A DNA stretch of 64,000 nt from Bacteroidota bacterium (GCA_947479085.1 CANJYB010000005.1:131135-195134); one strand, 5' to 3'. Positions 12,227 to 22,658 are shown, numbered from the stretch's first letter. A program made the numbers and translations. The notes: generated by a model from the sequence alone, not told the origin.

Positions 12227-13384
12227 TTATTCAACCCACGATTTGTAATACTTCCCGTCATCTATCGCCATTGCATCTTCTGTAACCATTAATGGTCGGA
12301 AGGTATCTACCATAACCGCCAATTCCTGGGTTTCTGTTTGTCCTATGCTTCGCTCCATTGCTCCTGGTGCCGGTCCGTGCGGAATTCCTTTTGGATGTAA
12401 GGTTATATGCCCCTGTTCAATGTTGTTTCGGCTCATAAAATCACCGTCTACATAATACAATACTTCATCACTATCAATATTACTATGATTATAAGGAGCT
12501 GGAATTGATTTTGGATGATAATCGTATAAGCGAGGACAGAAGGAACAAACAACAAAAGTAGAAGTTTCAAAAGTTTGATGAACCGGAGGTGGCTGGTGTA
12601 CTCTGCCTGTAATAGGTTCAAAGTTATGAATGCTGAAACCAAAAGGGAAATTATATCCATCCCAACCTATAACATCAAAAGGATGAGTGGCATAAATCAT
12701 TTCGTGCATCATTCCTTCTTTTTTTATTTTAATAATAAAATCTCCTTTTTCATCATGGGTTTCCAGTTCCGTTGGCATAATAAAATCGCGCTCACAAAAA
12801 GGTGAATGCTCTAATAACTGACCGGATGAACTTTTATAACGCTTTGGTGTATAAAAAGGTGAATGAGATTCAACATAAAATATACGATTGTCGGTGGTGT
12901 CAAAATCTATTTGATAAATCATCCCTCTTGGAATGATAAGGTAATCGCCATATTGAAAAGGGATATTACCCATCATTGTGCGAAGAATTCCTGTTCCTCT
13001 ATGAATAAAAAGCATTTCGTCAGAGTCGGCATTTTTATAAAAATAAGTACGCAATGACTTTTGAGGAGCAGCCAGACCGATAATACAATCAGCATTTACA
13101 AGCATTGGTTTGCGGCTTTCCAGGAAATCTTCTGCAGGTTTAACCTGAAAACCTTTTAATAATAATGCTTTTATGTTTTTATCAATGGCAATTTTTGGAG
13201 CAACGCTGTAAGATTTTAAAATTTCTTTAACTTGGGTAGGGCGATGGACATGATATAGCAGAGAGGAATGCCCTGAAAAACCTTCCGTTCCGAAAAGTTG
13301 CTCGTAATACAAACCACCTTTCGGATTTTCAAATTGAGTATGACGTTTTTGAGGAAAATTTCCAAGTTTATGATAGATTGGCAT
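12227..13384 (-). CDS. hmgA: Homogentisate 1,2-dioxygenase
   Basis: EQLFGTEGF, NADSDEMLF, HQPPPVHQTF, PYNHSNIDSDE, HPKGIPHGP and ELAVMVDTF motifs; adjacent to hppD. Confidence 0.95.
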   Translation of the reverse strand: MPIYHKLGNFPQKRHTQFENPKGGLYYEQLFGTEGFSGHSSLLYHVHRPTQVKEILKSYSVAPKIAIDKNIKALLLKGFQVKPAEDFLESRKPMLVNADCIIGLAAPQKSLRTYFYKNADSDEMLFIHRGTGILRTMMGNIPFQYGDYLIIPRGMIYQIDFDTTDNRIFYVESHSPFYTPKRYKSSSGQLLEHSPFCERDFIMPTELETHDEKGDFIIKIKKEGMMHEMIYATHPFDVIGWDGYNFPFGFSIHNFEPITGRVHQPPPVHQTFETSTFVVCSFCPRLYDYHPKSIPAPYNHSNIDSDEVLYYVDGDFMSRNNIEQGHITLHPKGIPHGPAPGAMERSIGQTETQELAVMVDTFRPLMVTEDAMAIDDGKYYKSWVE

Positions 13385-13487
13385 TAGCTGTTATTAAATT
13401 TTCAACAAAAGTAAACTTTCTTCTTAGAATTTGAAAGTAAAATATATTCTATATAAATCAGTTTGTATTTTATTGTAATATTGCAAC

Positions 13488-14258
13488 ATGATTTTAACAG
13501 ATACGCATACCCATCTTTATTCGAAAGAATTTGATGCTGACAGGACAGATTTAATCGAAAAGGCCATAAAAAGCGGAATAACGCGGTTCTTTCTGCCGAA
13601 TGTTGACAGCGAATCAATTCCAGGTATGTTTCAGGTAGAAAAGCAATTCCCAACCAATTGTTTTGCCATGATAGGTTTGCATCCCTGTTCTGTAAATCCC
13701 CGTTATCAGCAGGAGCTCCAGATAATGGAACATTGGCTTAGCAGGAGGAAATTTGTAGCCATCGGAGAAATAGGAATTGATTTATATTGGGATAAAACAT
13801 TTTTCCCTCAGCAACAGGATGCTTTCAGGAAACAAATTGAATTATCGCAAAAGCATGGCTTGCCTTACGTGATTCATTCAAGAAACTCATTTGATGAGGT
13901 TATGGAAATAATCAGGGAGTATTCCAATGATTTCACAAAAGCTATTTTTCATTGTTTTAGTGGCAATGTGGAACAGGCCCAGGAGGTAATAAAAATGGGT
14001 AATTTTAAATTAGGAATAGGGGGAGTAGTAACCTTTAAAAATTCGGGATTGGATAAAGTGGTTGAAGCGATTGATTTAAAACATTTGGTGTTGGAGACGG
14101 ATGCTCCATACCTTGCACCCGTTCCTTATCGTGGCAAAAGGAATGAGCCGGACTATTTACTTTTAATTGCTAAAAAAATTGCAGAGATTAAAAATATAAG
14201 CGTAGAAGAGGTGGCTGCTGTTACCACAAAAAATTCCATCGATATCTTTGGAGTATAA
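13488..14258 (+). CDS. tatD: TatD family DNase
   Basis: DTHTH, GLHP, IGEIGID, IHSR, FHCFSG and LETDAPYL motifs. Confidence 0.95.
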   Translation: MILTDTHTHLYSKEFDADRTDLIEKAIKSGITRFFLPNVDSESIPGMFQVEKQFPTNCFAMIGLHPCSVNPRYQQELQIMEHWLSRRKFVAIGEIGIDLYWDKTFFPQQQDAFRKQIELSQKHGLPYVIHSRNSFDEVMEIIREYSNDFTKAIFHCFSGNVEQAQEVIKMGNFKLGIGGVVTFKNSGLDKVVEAIDLKHLVLETDAPYLAPVPYRGKRNEPDYLLLIAKKIAEIKNISVEEVAAVTTKNSIDIFGV

Positions 14259-14276
14259 TTCGCAATTCCATTAACA

Positions 14277-15299
14277 ATGAAAAGTAAAGTTCTTTTGATA
14301 TATACTGGTGGAACCATTGGAATGATGGCGGACGCCAAATCCGGTCAATTAAAACCATTTGATTTTAAGCACCTCACCGAGCAAATTCCCGAGTTAAATA
14401 AATTCGATATTGAATTGTCTTCGGTGTCATTTGAAAAACCAATAGACTCAAGTGATATGCAGCCTTCTGTATGGGTTGAGCTGGCCAAAGTAATTGAAAG
14501 AAATTATAATAAGGTGGACGGTTTTGTCATTCTGCATGGAAGCGATACCATGTCATTTACAGCATCGGTACTGAGTTTTATGCTGGAAAACCTTAACAAA
14601 CCGGTTATCCTTACAGGTTCTCAATTACCTATTGGTACCATACGAACAGATGGGAAGGAAAATTTGATTACTGCTATTGAAATAGCCGGAGCAAAGGAAA
14701 AAGGGAAGGCTATTATAACAGAAGTCTGTATATATTTTGAATATAAACTATACAGAGGGAACAGAACACATAAATTTAATGCAGAACATTTTAATGCTTT
14801 TCAATCGGCTAATTATCCTGTTTTGGCTGAAGCAGGAGTATATATAAAGTATAATTATTCGGCATTAAGAAAGGGGGATACTAAAAAACTAAAAACTCAT
14901 TTAGTTTTACATCCTGAAATTGCAATTTTAAAATTATTTCCGGGGATTACTAAAAAAGTAGTAACCGCAATTTTAAATACAAAGGATGTGAAGGGGGTAA
15001 TTTTGGAAACATTTGGTTCCGGGAATGCAAGTACTGAAGGTTGGTTTATTAATGAAATAAAAGGTGCAATTGAAAAGGGAATTATTGTTTTAAATGTTAC
15101 TCAATGCAATGCAGGTGCTGTTGTACAGGGCAAATATGCAACTAGTTCAGAACTTAAGAAAATTGGAGTAATAAGTGGAAACGATATTACCACTGAGGCT
15201 GCAATCACCAAACTTATGTTTCTTTTTGGTAATTCAAACAATACAAAAGCAATTGAAAAAGGACTTCGAACTGATTTAAGAGGAGAGATTACTGTGTAA
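14277..15299 (+). CDS. ansA: L-asparaginase type I
   Basis: IYTGGTIGM, DSSDM, HGSDTMS, KPVILTGSQ and ETFGSGN motifs. Confidence 0.95.
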   Translation: MKSKVLLIYTGGTIGMMADAKSGQLKPFDFKHLTEQIPELNKFDIELSSVSFEKPIDSSDMQPSVWVELAKVIERNYNKVDGFVILHGSDTMSFTASVLSFMLENLNKPVILTGSQLPIGTIRTDGKENLITAIEIAGAKEKGKAIITEVCIYFEYKLYRGNRTHKFNAEHFNAFQSANYPVLAEAGVYIKYNYSALRKGDTKKLKTHLVLHPEIAILKLFPGITKKVVTAILNTKDVKGVILETFGSGNASTEGWFINEIKGAIEKGIIVLNVTQCNAGAVVQGKYATSSELKKIGVISGNDITTEAAITKLMFLFGNSNNTKAIEKGLRTDLRGEITV

Positions 15300-15393
15300 C
15301 CCACCTTTCAACAATAACGTGTTGATAATAATACCCGCTTCTTAACTTTTTCAAGCTCTGAAAGAATTAGTTTTGTGCAAAGATCCATTCATA

Positions 15394-15666
15394 ATGAACA
15401 AACGAACAGACCTATTAAATAAGTATAATGCAAAAACGGAAATTGGAGGAGCTCCAAGTATTAACGATTTGCGTGAAAGTGAGTTTAGTAATGAACCTCT
15501 AACAGCAAAAGAAAAACAGGCATTGGTTAATTTTGATCGTTACAGAATTAATGAACTTAATTCACAACCGGATGATATGGCATTTCACAAACGTTACAGG
15601 GAACTTCAGGTAATGGCCAATATGTATGATTACGAGGAGTTTTTAAAAGAAAAGTACTTTATTTAA
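15394..15666 (+). CDS. Hypothetical protein (about 90 aa)
   Basis: ATG at 15394 follows a TAGTTTTG promoter motif (15368-15375); followed by its own terminator. Confidence 0.7.
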   Translation: MNKRTDLLNKYNAKTEIGGAPSINDLRESEFSNEPLTAKEKQALVNFDRYRINELNSQPDDMAFHKRYRELQVMANMYDYEEFLKEKYFI

Positions 15667-15686
15667 TATACCAACTTCCATTTTCA

Positions 15687-15717
15687 GAAAGCCACTCCCA
15701 AGAGAGTGGCTTTTTTA
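15687..15717 (+). terminator. Intrinsic terminator
   Basis: AAAGCCACTC-ccaaga-GAGTGGCTTTTTT. Confidence 0.8.
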
Positions 15718-15782
15718 TTTCCATAATTTCTTTAATTATTCCAAGCTTTATTGTAATTTAGCATCTGCAAAAATATACTTTG

Positions 15783-15814
15783 GAGGCAACCATTTTAAAA
15801 TCTTACGTCTTATA
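15783..15814 (+). promoter_or_regulatory. ECF sigma-type promoter (GCAAC-N15-CGTCT) upstream of the ECF sigma gene
   Basis: GAGGCAACC...TACGTCTTATA; the same motif and spacing occur at 17167-17198. Confidence 0.7.
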
Positions 15815-15855
15815 TATAGGAGATTTAATGTTTGTGGCTATATAAGTGCTGCATA

Positions 15856-16419
15856 ATGAATGAAACTGAAATTATTAAAGGCTGTATAAAGAATGACAGG
15901 GCTTGCCAAAAGGTGCTTTATGATTACTTTTTCAGCGAGATGTTAGGGGTGTGTTTGAGGTACTCTAATAATGAAGAGGTGGCAATGGACATACTTCATG
16001 AGGGGTTTCTGAAGATTTTTCTTAACATAAAGAACTTTAATAATTCAGGGACTTTTGAAGGATGGGTAAGAAGAATAATGGTAAATACCTGCATTGATAG
16101 CTTAAGGAAAGGAAAACAGAATTATCAGATAGTAAGTACGGTATATGCTAATGAAACAATCCCGGATGTACCTGAAGAATTAGAAGATGAAGAGATTCTG
16201 ATTCATATTGAAAAGGAGGAAATTTTGAAAGCCGTTCAGAAACTAACACCGGCATACCGGACTATATTTAATTTATATGTAGTAGAAGAGTATTCGCATA
16301 AGCAAATTGCAGATATGCTGGAAATTAGTGAAGGGACATCGAAATCCAATTTATCAAAAGCGAAATTTAATTTAAGAAAAAATTTAATACACCTAATAAA
16401 GACGCCAGATGGAAAATAA
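15856..16419 (+). CDS. ECF RNA polymerase sigma factor
   Basis: DILHEGFLKIF..FEGWVRRIMVNTCID (region 2) and YSHKQIADMLEISEGTSKSNLSKAK (region 4); ATG at 15856 preferred over the ORF-track start. Confidence 0.95.
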   Translation: MNETEIIKGCIKNDRACQKVLYDYFFSEMLGVCLRYSNNEEVAMDILHEGFLKIFLNIKNFNNSGTFEGWVRRIMVNTCIDSLRKGKQNYQIVSTVYANETIPDVPEELEDEEILIHIEKEEILKAVQKLTPAYRTIFNLYVVEEYSHKQIADMLEISEGTSKSNLSKAKFNLRKNLIHLIKTPDGK

Positions 16420-17107
16420 TTTACACAACAAACTTGACGAACAAATAAAAGAATCGTTAAGTAAATATCTGGCATCCAAAGAAGCCTCTAACTGGACGCG
16501 CATGGAAAGCATGCTGGATGCTGCTCCTAAAGTAAATAGTTTCAGGTGGTCAAATGTACTTAATGGAGTTATCGGGTTAGCAATTTTAGGCGGGGGCTAT
16601 TTATTATACACTAACTTAATTAAATCCAAACCGGAGGAAAAAACAGAACTTGCCGCACCAAACTTAAAAACTGAAACCCCTCCGGAAAAACCGGTCATTT
16701 CAACTCCTGTTCAACAGGCAGCTTCAGAAGACAATAAAATTGTTGATAACGCCAAACAAGAAGTTTTAGTGAAAAAGGACCTTTCATTAGTAAAAGAAAG
16801 ATCATTGAACGAAAAGCAAAAGGATAAAGTAATTACAGGTGAAACCAAGGTTACCGAAAAAGAAAATAATCTTGAAGGTACTAAACAGCAACAGATTTTT
16901 GTAATGGGTAATCAACCGGTATTTGGAGATATGCTTGATTCAGCCAAAGGTATAGTGGGTGAAACAAAGGAAAAGGAAGAAACAAAAAAGGCTGCCTTAA
17001 TCCATTCCGATAAGCCTATCGGTTGGAATAAAATTATCAATACAGATTCAGCAAAAAAGAATAAAACAGAAACAAAAGATTCATTGAAACAATATCAGAA
17101 AAAATAA
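16409..17107 (+). CDS. Putative anti-sigma factor (one TM helix, low-complexity periplasmic tail)
   Basis: Overlaps the sigma stop; LDEQIKESL..W..MESMLD N-terminus, then the TM segment VLNGVIGLAILGGGYLLY. Confidence 0.65.
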   Translation: MENNLHNKLDEQIKESLSKYLASKEASNWTRMESMLDAAPKVNSFRWSNVLNGVIGLAILGGGYLLYTNLIKSKPEEKTELAAPNLKTETPPEKPVISTPVQQAASEDNKIVDNAKQEVLVKKDLSLVKERSLNEKQKDKVITGETKVTEKENNLEGTKQQQIFVMGNQPVFGDMLDSAKGIVGETKEKEETKKAALIHSDKPIGWNKIINTDSAKKNKTETKDSLKQYQKK

Positions 17108-17166
17108 AAAACTAACCCAAAAGAGTGCCGGCCTCCCGATTTTTCGGGGGGCTTTTTTATTCAGCA

Positions 17167-17198
17167 GAGGCAACCGTTTCACATTTTTACGTCTTATA
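17167..17198 (+). promoter_or_regulatory. ECF sigma-type promoter upstream of porP/sprF
   Basis: GAGGCAACC-gtttcacatttt-TACGTCTTATA, placed after the terminator at about 17125-17158. Confidence 0.7.
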
Positions 17199-17226
17199 AG
17201 TAGAGATAAACTTATAAACTGAAATC

Positions 17227-18180
17227 ATGAAAAAATGTTATATACCATTAATGGCAATATCCTTTGTCCTTATTTTTAAAACAACCAATGCACAAGATCC
17301 TCAATTTACACAGTTTTACGCCAACCCTTTATATTTGAATCCTGCTTTGGCTGGTTCTAACATTTGCCCAAGGGTATGTATTAATTACCGTAACCAGTGG
17401 CCAGGCATCAGCGCTACTTATGTTACCACCAGTGCTTCCATAGATAAGTTTATTTACAAAATTAAGGGAGGACTGGGGTTGCTTGTTACCAATGACAGGG
17501 CTGGTCAGGGCACCATTAATTCTTCTACAGTTAGTGCCATGTACGCCTATCAATTAAAGATAAGAAGAAACTTTACCATGAATTTTGGACTGGAAGCAAC
17601 TTATGCTCAAAAAGTGCTGGACTGGAATAAATTAACCTTTGGTGATATGATTGATAATAAACATGGATTTGTTTATAATACCAGTGAAGTGCCAAAGGCA
17701 TTAAAAAGAGAGTATGCCGACTTTGATGCAGGGGTCATGGCTTTTACTAAAAAGTTCTTTGTTGGTTTTGCTGCCCATCATTTAACGCAACCCAACGAAG
17801 GGTTTATTAGCGAAAGCAGATTACCTCTTAAAATTACTGCACATGCCGGTGCAGTATTCCCTTTAAAGGGTGCAAAAGGAAATGTTTCTATCTCTCCTAA
17901 TATTTTATACCAACGTCAAGGTAATTTCCAACAATTTGATATTGGGTTTTATGTAAGAAAAAGTGCCATTGTGGGCGGTTTGTGGTACAGAAGTAACGAT
18001 TCCTTTATTGCTTTGATAGGTTTGCTAACCGGCATGTTTAAGTGCGGATATAGTTATGACATAACCATATCCAAATTAACCAATGCAACTGCCGGTGCTC
18101 ACGAATTTTCGGTGGGGCTAATGTTTAAATGCAAGAAACCAAGGATAAAATTCCGACCGGACATCTGCCCTGTTTTTTAG
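17227..18180 (+). CDS. T9SS PorP/SprF family outer-membrane protein
   Basis: Signal peptide, then AQDPQFTQFYANPLYLNPALAG..YRNQW and a C-terminal GYSYD...GAHEFS. Confidence 0.93.
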   Translation: MKKCYIPLMAISFVLIFKTTNAQDPQFTQFYANPLYLNPALAGSNICPRVCINYRNQWPGISATYVTTSASIDKFIYKIKGGLGLLVTNDRAGQGTINSSTVSAMYAYQLKIRRNFTMNFGLEATYAQKVLDWNKLTFGDMIDNKHGFVYNTSEVPKALKREYADFDAGVMAFTKKFFVGFAAHHLTQPNEGFISESRLPLKITAHAGAVFPLKGAKGNVSISPNILYQRQGNFQQFDIGFYVRKSAIVGGLWYRSNDSFIALIGLLTGMFKCGYSYDITISKLTNATAGAHEFSVGLMFKCKKPRIKFRPDICPVF

Positions 18181-18423
18181 GTATCGCATGATTTTACTTT
18201 TTATTTTCAATCCGTTCCAGAATCTGCATAATTAGTTTATTCTTTTTTTCTAGATGCATCAAAATGGCCTCAATTCGCGTTTCAGCTTTGGTATTCACAT
18301 CAAAATCTGCTTATTTTTATTTCTTCTAACGATTTGGGATGATGTTTTTCGATAATTTAAGGGTATCTTTTATTAAATAATCATGAAAGGTAAGACTTAA
18401 AATCAAAGTATTAAAAAGAGAAT

Positions 18424-18457
18424 TTTGGTAAATATTAATTGTTTTATTCTATATTTG
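18424..18457 (+). promoter_or_regulatory. Bacteroidota sigma-A promoter (-33 TTTG / -7 TATATTTG) of secDF
   Basis: Matches the TTTG...TAnnTTTG consensus; nearly identical to the HU promoter at 54693-54722. Confidence 0.7.
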
Positions 18458-18578
18458 CACCCCAATTTGAAAAAATTGGAAAAATGTGAGGTGGATGAAC
18501 AAAGAATTAGTTACGACTAACTGATTCTGAGTGTAGCCAAATCACTGGATTTTAATAAAACAATTTAACTTAAAAATT

Positions 18579-21500
18579 ATGCAAAACAAAGGCGCTATCA
18601 GGCTGTTTGCCATTTTACTGACTATAGCTTGTGCTTATTACTTAATGTTTACTTATGTTGCCAATAACATAGTAAAAGATGCGGACGTTTACGCTTCCGA
18701 TTACGTCAATCAATCCAAGGTTCAGGATGCAGCTGCAAAAGCTTCAACCAATCCTGCGGAAAAAAACACTTGGTTGGATTCTGTTCTTAATTACAGAAAG
18801 AATTTTTACCTGGATTCTTTAAAAAAGAAAGTAGTTTATAATTTGTTTATTACAGATTATACCTATGATGATGTAAAAAAACGTCAGTTAAATCTTGGAC
18901 TGGATTTGAAAGGTGGTATGAACGTAACACTTGAAGTTTCGGTTGGCGAAATTATCCGTGGTCTTTCTAACAACAGTAATGATCCTACGTTTATCCAGGC
19001 TATTGTAAAGGCAAATGAAGCAATTAAAACTTCTACCAAAGATTATGTAACCATTTTCGGAGAAGAGTTTCATAAAATTAATCCCAATGCAAAACTGGCT
19101 ATTAACTTTTTAACCATTGAGTTGAAAGGGAAAATAGAAATGAATACTTCTGACGAAGAGGTGTTAAAGTTTATACGCGAAAGAGTTGAGGATGCTATTT
19201 CAACTTCTGAAAATACGTTACGTGCCCGTATCGATAAGTTTGGAGTTACTCAACCGAATATACAGCGTTTGGCTTCTTCCGGTCGTATATTAATAGAGTT
19301 GCCGGGGGTAACGGATAAAAACCGTATCCGTAAACTATTACAAGGAACTGCTAACCTTGAATTCTGGGAAACATACGATAACAAGGAAATCTATCCTATA
19401 TTAGAAAAAGCAAATACCCGTTTGAAAGAAATTTTAACTCCTAATGATACAGCTGCAAAAATTGATACTGCACTTGTTAAAACGGATGATAAAAAAGAGG
19501 AAAAGAAAAAGGAAAACGTATCAGATGCAGCAAAAACAAAAGGAGATTCTGCTTCTTTATCAAAACAATTAAATTTAGGAAAAAACGATACTGCTAAAAA
19601 AGCAGGTATGACTCATAATGATTCTATTTCAAAGTTAAGAAAAGAAAATCCATTATTTGCTGTTTTATCTCCTTATACAGGGCGTAATGCACAAGGTCAG
19701 CAGGAATTAGGTCAGGGACCAATCATCGGGTATTGTGCTATTAAAGATACAGGGTTGGTAAACGAGTACTTACGTATGAGTAAAATCAAGGCTTTATTCC
19801 CTAACATCAAATTTTTCTGGACATTTAAGGCAGTTGACAAAGAAGAAACTACACTTCAGTTAATCGCTATCCACGTAACACGTAAAGATGGAAAATCTCC
19901 TTTATATGGTGATATCATTACCGATGCACGTGTGGTTTACGAACAACAAGGTGGAGGAACTCCTCAGATTTCTATGAACATGACTTCTGATGCTTCATTG
20001 GTTTGGAAACATTTAACTAAAGAAAACATTGGTAAATCCATTGCTATCGTGTTAGACAACAGTGTGTATTCATTCCCAACCGTTCAAAATGAAATTTCTG
20101 GAGGAAGTTCTTCCATCACCGGAAACTTTACCCAGGATGAGGCGAAAGATTTGGTAAACATTTTGAAAGCCGGTAAATTACCTGCTCCTGCACGTATTGT
20201 TCAGGAAGTGGTAGTTGGAGCTACATTAGGTGCAGAAGCTGTTCACAAAGGATTATTCTCTACCGTTATCGCTTTAATATTGGTGCTTTTATTTATGGGC
20301 TTCTATTATAACAAAGCAGGTTGGGTTGCAGATTTCGCGATGATTATAAATAACTTCTTTGTTATCGGTATTCTCGCCTCGTTCAGTGCGGTGTTAACAT
20401 TACCGGGTATTGCTGGTATCGTGTTAACCATAGCGATGTCCGTTGATGCGAACATCCTTATCTTTGAACGTGTCAGGGAAGAGCTTGCACTAGGCAAAGC
20501 AACAGGGCTTGCCATTAAGGAAGGTTATCGAAATGCGATGTCTTCTGTAATTGACTCTCACGTTACCGGTTTATTATTAGGTATTATATTATATGTATTT
20601 GGTACTGGTCCTATCCAGGGATTTGCTACTACCTTAATTATAGGTATCGTTTCTTCTTTATTCTGTGCGATTTTTATCACTCGTTTAATTTTCGATCGTT
20701 GGTTAAGTAAAAACAAAACCATTTCTTTTGATAATAAATTTACTGCAGGTGCTTTCAAAAAAATCAATATCAACTTTGTTGGAAAACGTAAGTTATATTA
20801 CATCTTCTCCAGTGCAGTTATCATTTGTGGTATTGTAGCTTATTTTGCTAAAGGAGGATTTACATTAGGTGTCGATTTCAAAGGAGGTCGTTCGTATGTA
20901 GTTCGTTTTGATAATGTAGAATCTACTGATGCTGTTCGTGATGCATTAACAGTAACTTTTGGTGAAGCACCCGAAGTAAAAACATACGGAGAGAATGCCC
21001 AGTTGCGCATTACCACAACCTATTTAATTGGTAATAGCGATGAAGATTCAGAACAAAAAGTGGAAGCAAAACTGGATGAAGGATTAAAAACACTTCACAG
21101 TGGTTACAAAGTAGTAAGTTCTCAAAAGGTGGGAGAAACGGTTTCGCGTGATATTAAGTCAAAAGCTATATGGGCAGTATTGTTGTCCTGTTTAGTGATG
21201 TTTATGTTCATCTTTATCCGGTTCAAGAAATGGCAATATGGTTTGGGTGCGGTGGTCGCATTGTTCCATGACGTGTTGATGGTTCTTTCGGTATTCGTTA
21301 TTTTCGATGGTATTTTGCCTTTCTCATTAGAGATTACCCAGGATTTCATTGCGGCTATCTTAACGGTAATGAGTTATTCCATGACCGATACCGTGGTTGT
21401 GTTCGACAGAATTCGTGAATACTTAACCGAAAAAGGCAAATCTGATTTGCATAAAAACGAAAGAGTTCAGATTATCAATTATGCATTGAACAGTACATTA

Positions 21501-21710
21501 AGCCGTACTATCAATACTTCATTGACCATCTTCTTTGTATTGTTAGCCATCTTTATTTTCGGTGGTGAAACCATCCGTGGATTCTCTTTCGCATTGTTAA
21601 TTGGTATTGTTATCGGTACTTATTCTTCTATCTGTATTGCAACTCCAATCGTAATCGATTTCGAAAAAGAAAAAGAAGACGAAGTGAAAGCTGTGGGAGA
21701 AATGGTTTAA
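18579..21710 (+). CDS. secDF: Protein translocase subunit SecDF (fused)
   Basis: LNLGLDLKGG, RIDKFGVTQP, ILIELPG, VDANILIFER, GVDFKGG and DTVVVFDRIRE motifs. Confidence 0.97.
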   Translation: MQNKGAIRLFAILLTIACAYYLMFTYVANNIVKDADVYASDYVNQSKVQDAAAKASTNPAEKNTWLDSVLNYRKNFYLDSLKKKVVYNLFITDYTYDDVKKRQLNLGLDLKGGMNVTLEVSVGEIIRGLSNNSNDPTFIQAIVKANEAIKTSTKDYVTIFGEEFHKINPNAKLAINFLTIELKGKIEMNTSDEEVLKFIRERVEDAISTSENTLRARIDKFGVTQPNIQRLASSGRILIELPGVTDKNRIRKLLQGTANLEFWETYDNKEIYPILEKANTRLKEILTPNDTAAKIDTALVKTDDKKEEKKKENVSDAAKTKGDSASLSKQLNLGKNDTAKKAGMTHNDSISKLRKENPLFAVLSPYTGRNAQGQQELGQGPIIGYCAIKDTGLVNEYLRMSKIKALFPNIKFFWTFKAVDKEETTLQLIAIHVTRKDGKSPLYGDIITDARVVYEQQGGGTPQISMNMTSDASLVWKHLTKENIGKSIAIVLDNSVYSFPTVQNEISGGSSSITGNFTQDEAKDLVNILKAGKLPAPARIVQEVVVGATLGAEAVHKGLFSTVIALILVLLFMGFYYNKAGWVADFAMIINNFFVIGILASFSAVLTLPGIAGIVLTIAMSVDANILIFERVREELALGKATGLAIKEGYRNAMSSVIDSHVTGLLLGIILYVFGTGPIQGFATTLIIGIVSSLFCAIFITRLIFDRWLSKNKTISFDNKFTAGAFKKININFVGKRKLYYIFSSAVIICGIVAYFAKGGFTLGVDFKGGRSYVVRFDNVESTDAVRDALTVTFGEAPEVKTYGENAQLRITTTYLIGNSDEDSEQKVEAKLDEGLKTLHSGYKVVSSQKVGETVSRDIKSKAIWAVLLSCLVMFMFIFIRFKKWQYGLGAVVALFHDVLMVLSVFVIFDGILPFSLEITQDFIAAILTVMSYSMTDTVVVFDRIREYLTEKGKSDLHKNERVQIINYALNSTLSRTINTSLTIFFVLLAIFIFGGETIRGFSFALLIGIVIGTYSSICIATPIVIDFEKEKEDEVKAVGEMV

Positions 21711-21712
21711 TC

Positions 21713-21817
21713 GATGTTGGATATTAGACATTAGATATTAAAAACAAAGCCCGATAAATTTATTATCGGGCTTTGTTTTTTAAGTACTTTTGTACCCAAC
21801 ATCCAATATCTAACATC
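21713..21817. repeat. Inverted heptamer arrays enclosing the secDF terminator and tatA promoter
   Basis: GATGTTG-GATATTA-GACATTA-GATATTA ... CAACATC-CAATATC-TAACATC. Confidence 0.7.
21741..21781 (+). terminator. secDF terminator
   Basis: AAAACAAAGCCCGATAA-attta-TTATCGGGCTTTGTTTTT. Confidence 0.85.
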
Positions 21818-21823
21818 TGAAAA

Positions 21824-22144
21824 ATGCTATTATTCTTAAATCTTGGTGGTGGCGAAGTATTCATAGTGGTACTGGTTGTCATTTTGTTTTTCGGTTCCGA
21901 TAAATTGCCCGAAATAGCAAAAGGACTGGGAAAGGGCATTCGCCAGATAAATGACGCAAAGGACCAGATTCAAAACGAAATTCAAAAGTCCACTTCCGCA
22001 TTCCAGGAAGAGCTTAACAAACATACCTCCGAAATTCGCACCGAAATAAACGAAGCTGGACAAAGCATGAAGCGGCAGATAGATGAAGCTGCAACTGCGA
22101 TAAAAGAGGAAGGAAAGGTAATTACCGACACCACAAAGGAGTAA
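21824..22144 (+). CDS. tatA: Twin-arginine translocase TatA/TatB family subunit
   Basis: GGGEVFIVVLVVILFFGSDKLPEIAKGLGKGIRQ. Confidence 0.9.
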   Translation: MLLFLNLGGGEVFIVVLVVILFFGSDKLPEIAKGLGKGIRQINDAKDQIQNEIQKSTSAFQEELNKHTSEIRTEINEAGQSMKRQIDEAATAIKEEGKVITDTTKE

Positions 22145-22293
22145 ATTTTATGCTTTTTTCCTAAATTGTCTTTTTAAAGCCACCCTGTTTTCCAAATTCC
22201 TCCTGAAACCACCCAAATTCAACTTTTAGAATTTTATTGATTAATTTGCCCTTATATTACAGCCAGTGTTGGTATAATGATTTTAAGATTAAT

Positions 22294-22402
22294 ATTTCGA
22301 AAAATCGTGAAAAAATTGAAATTCGTTCATATACTTATATAAGCCACCTCCGGAAAGTCGGAGGTATGTCATATACTTATATGAGCCCATTTCGAAAAAT
22401 CG
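22294..22402. repeat. Two-unit remnant of a 42-bp double-hairpin array
   Basis: TCATATACTTATAT at 22327 and 22369 (42 bp apart), with CCACCTCCGGAAAGTCGGAGG between them; ATTTCGAAAAATCG at 22294 and 22389. Confidence 0.7.
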
Positions 22403-22610
22403 CAGTTTTTCCAAATTTCCGTTTCTTTGAGTATTCTCACCAATAATGGCAAAACAAGTCGAAAAACTTAATACCCGAACTTTTGGTTGTAAAGTTCCAC
22501 CATCATTTAAAGAATGGGAATAGCTATTTTGCTTAATTTTTTCATCGAGAGGTAATTAGAACAAAAGTAGAAATTATTTGGAATGAGGAGAGAATGGTAA
22601 AGGAAAAAAC

Positions 22611-22637
22611 AAAAGCCCCGCAATTGCGAGGCTTTTT
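22611..22637 (-). terminator. nrdA terminator
   Basis: AAAAGCCCCGC-aatt-GCGAGGCTTTTT. Confidence 0.75.
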
Positions 22638-22658
22638 AACTTTTATTCTTGTTAGTTA

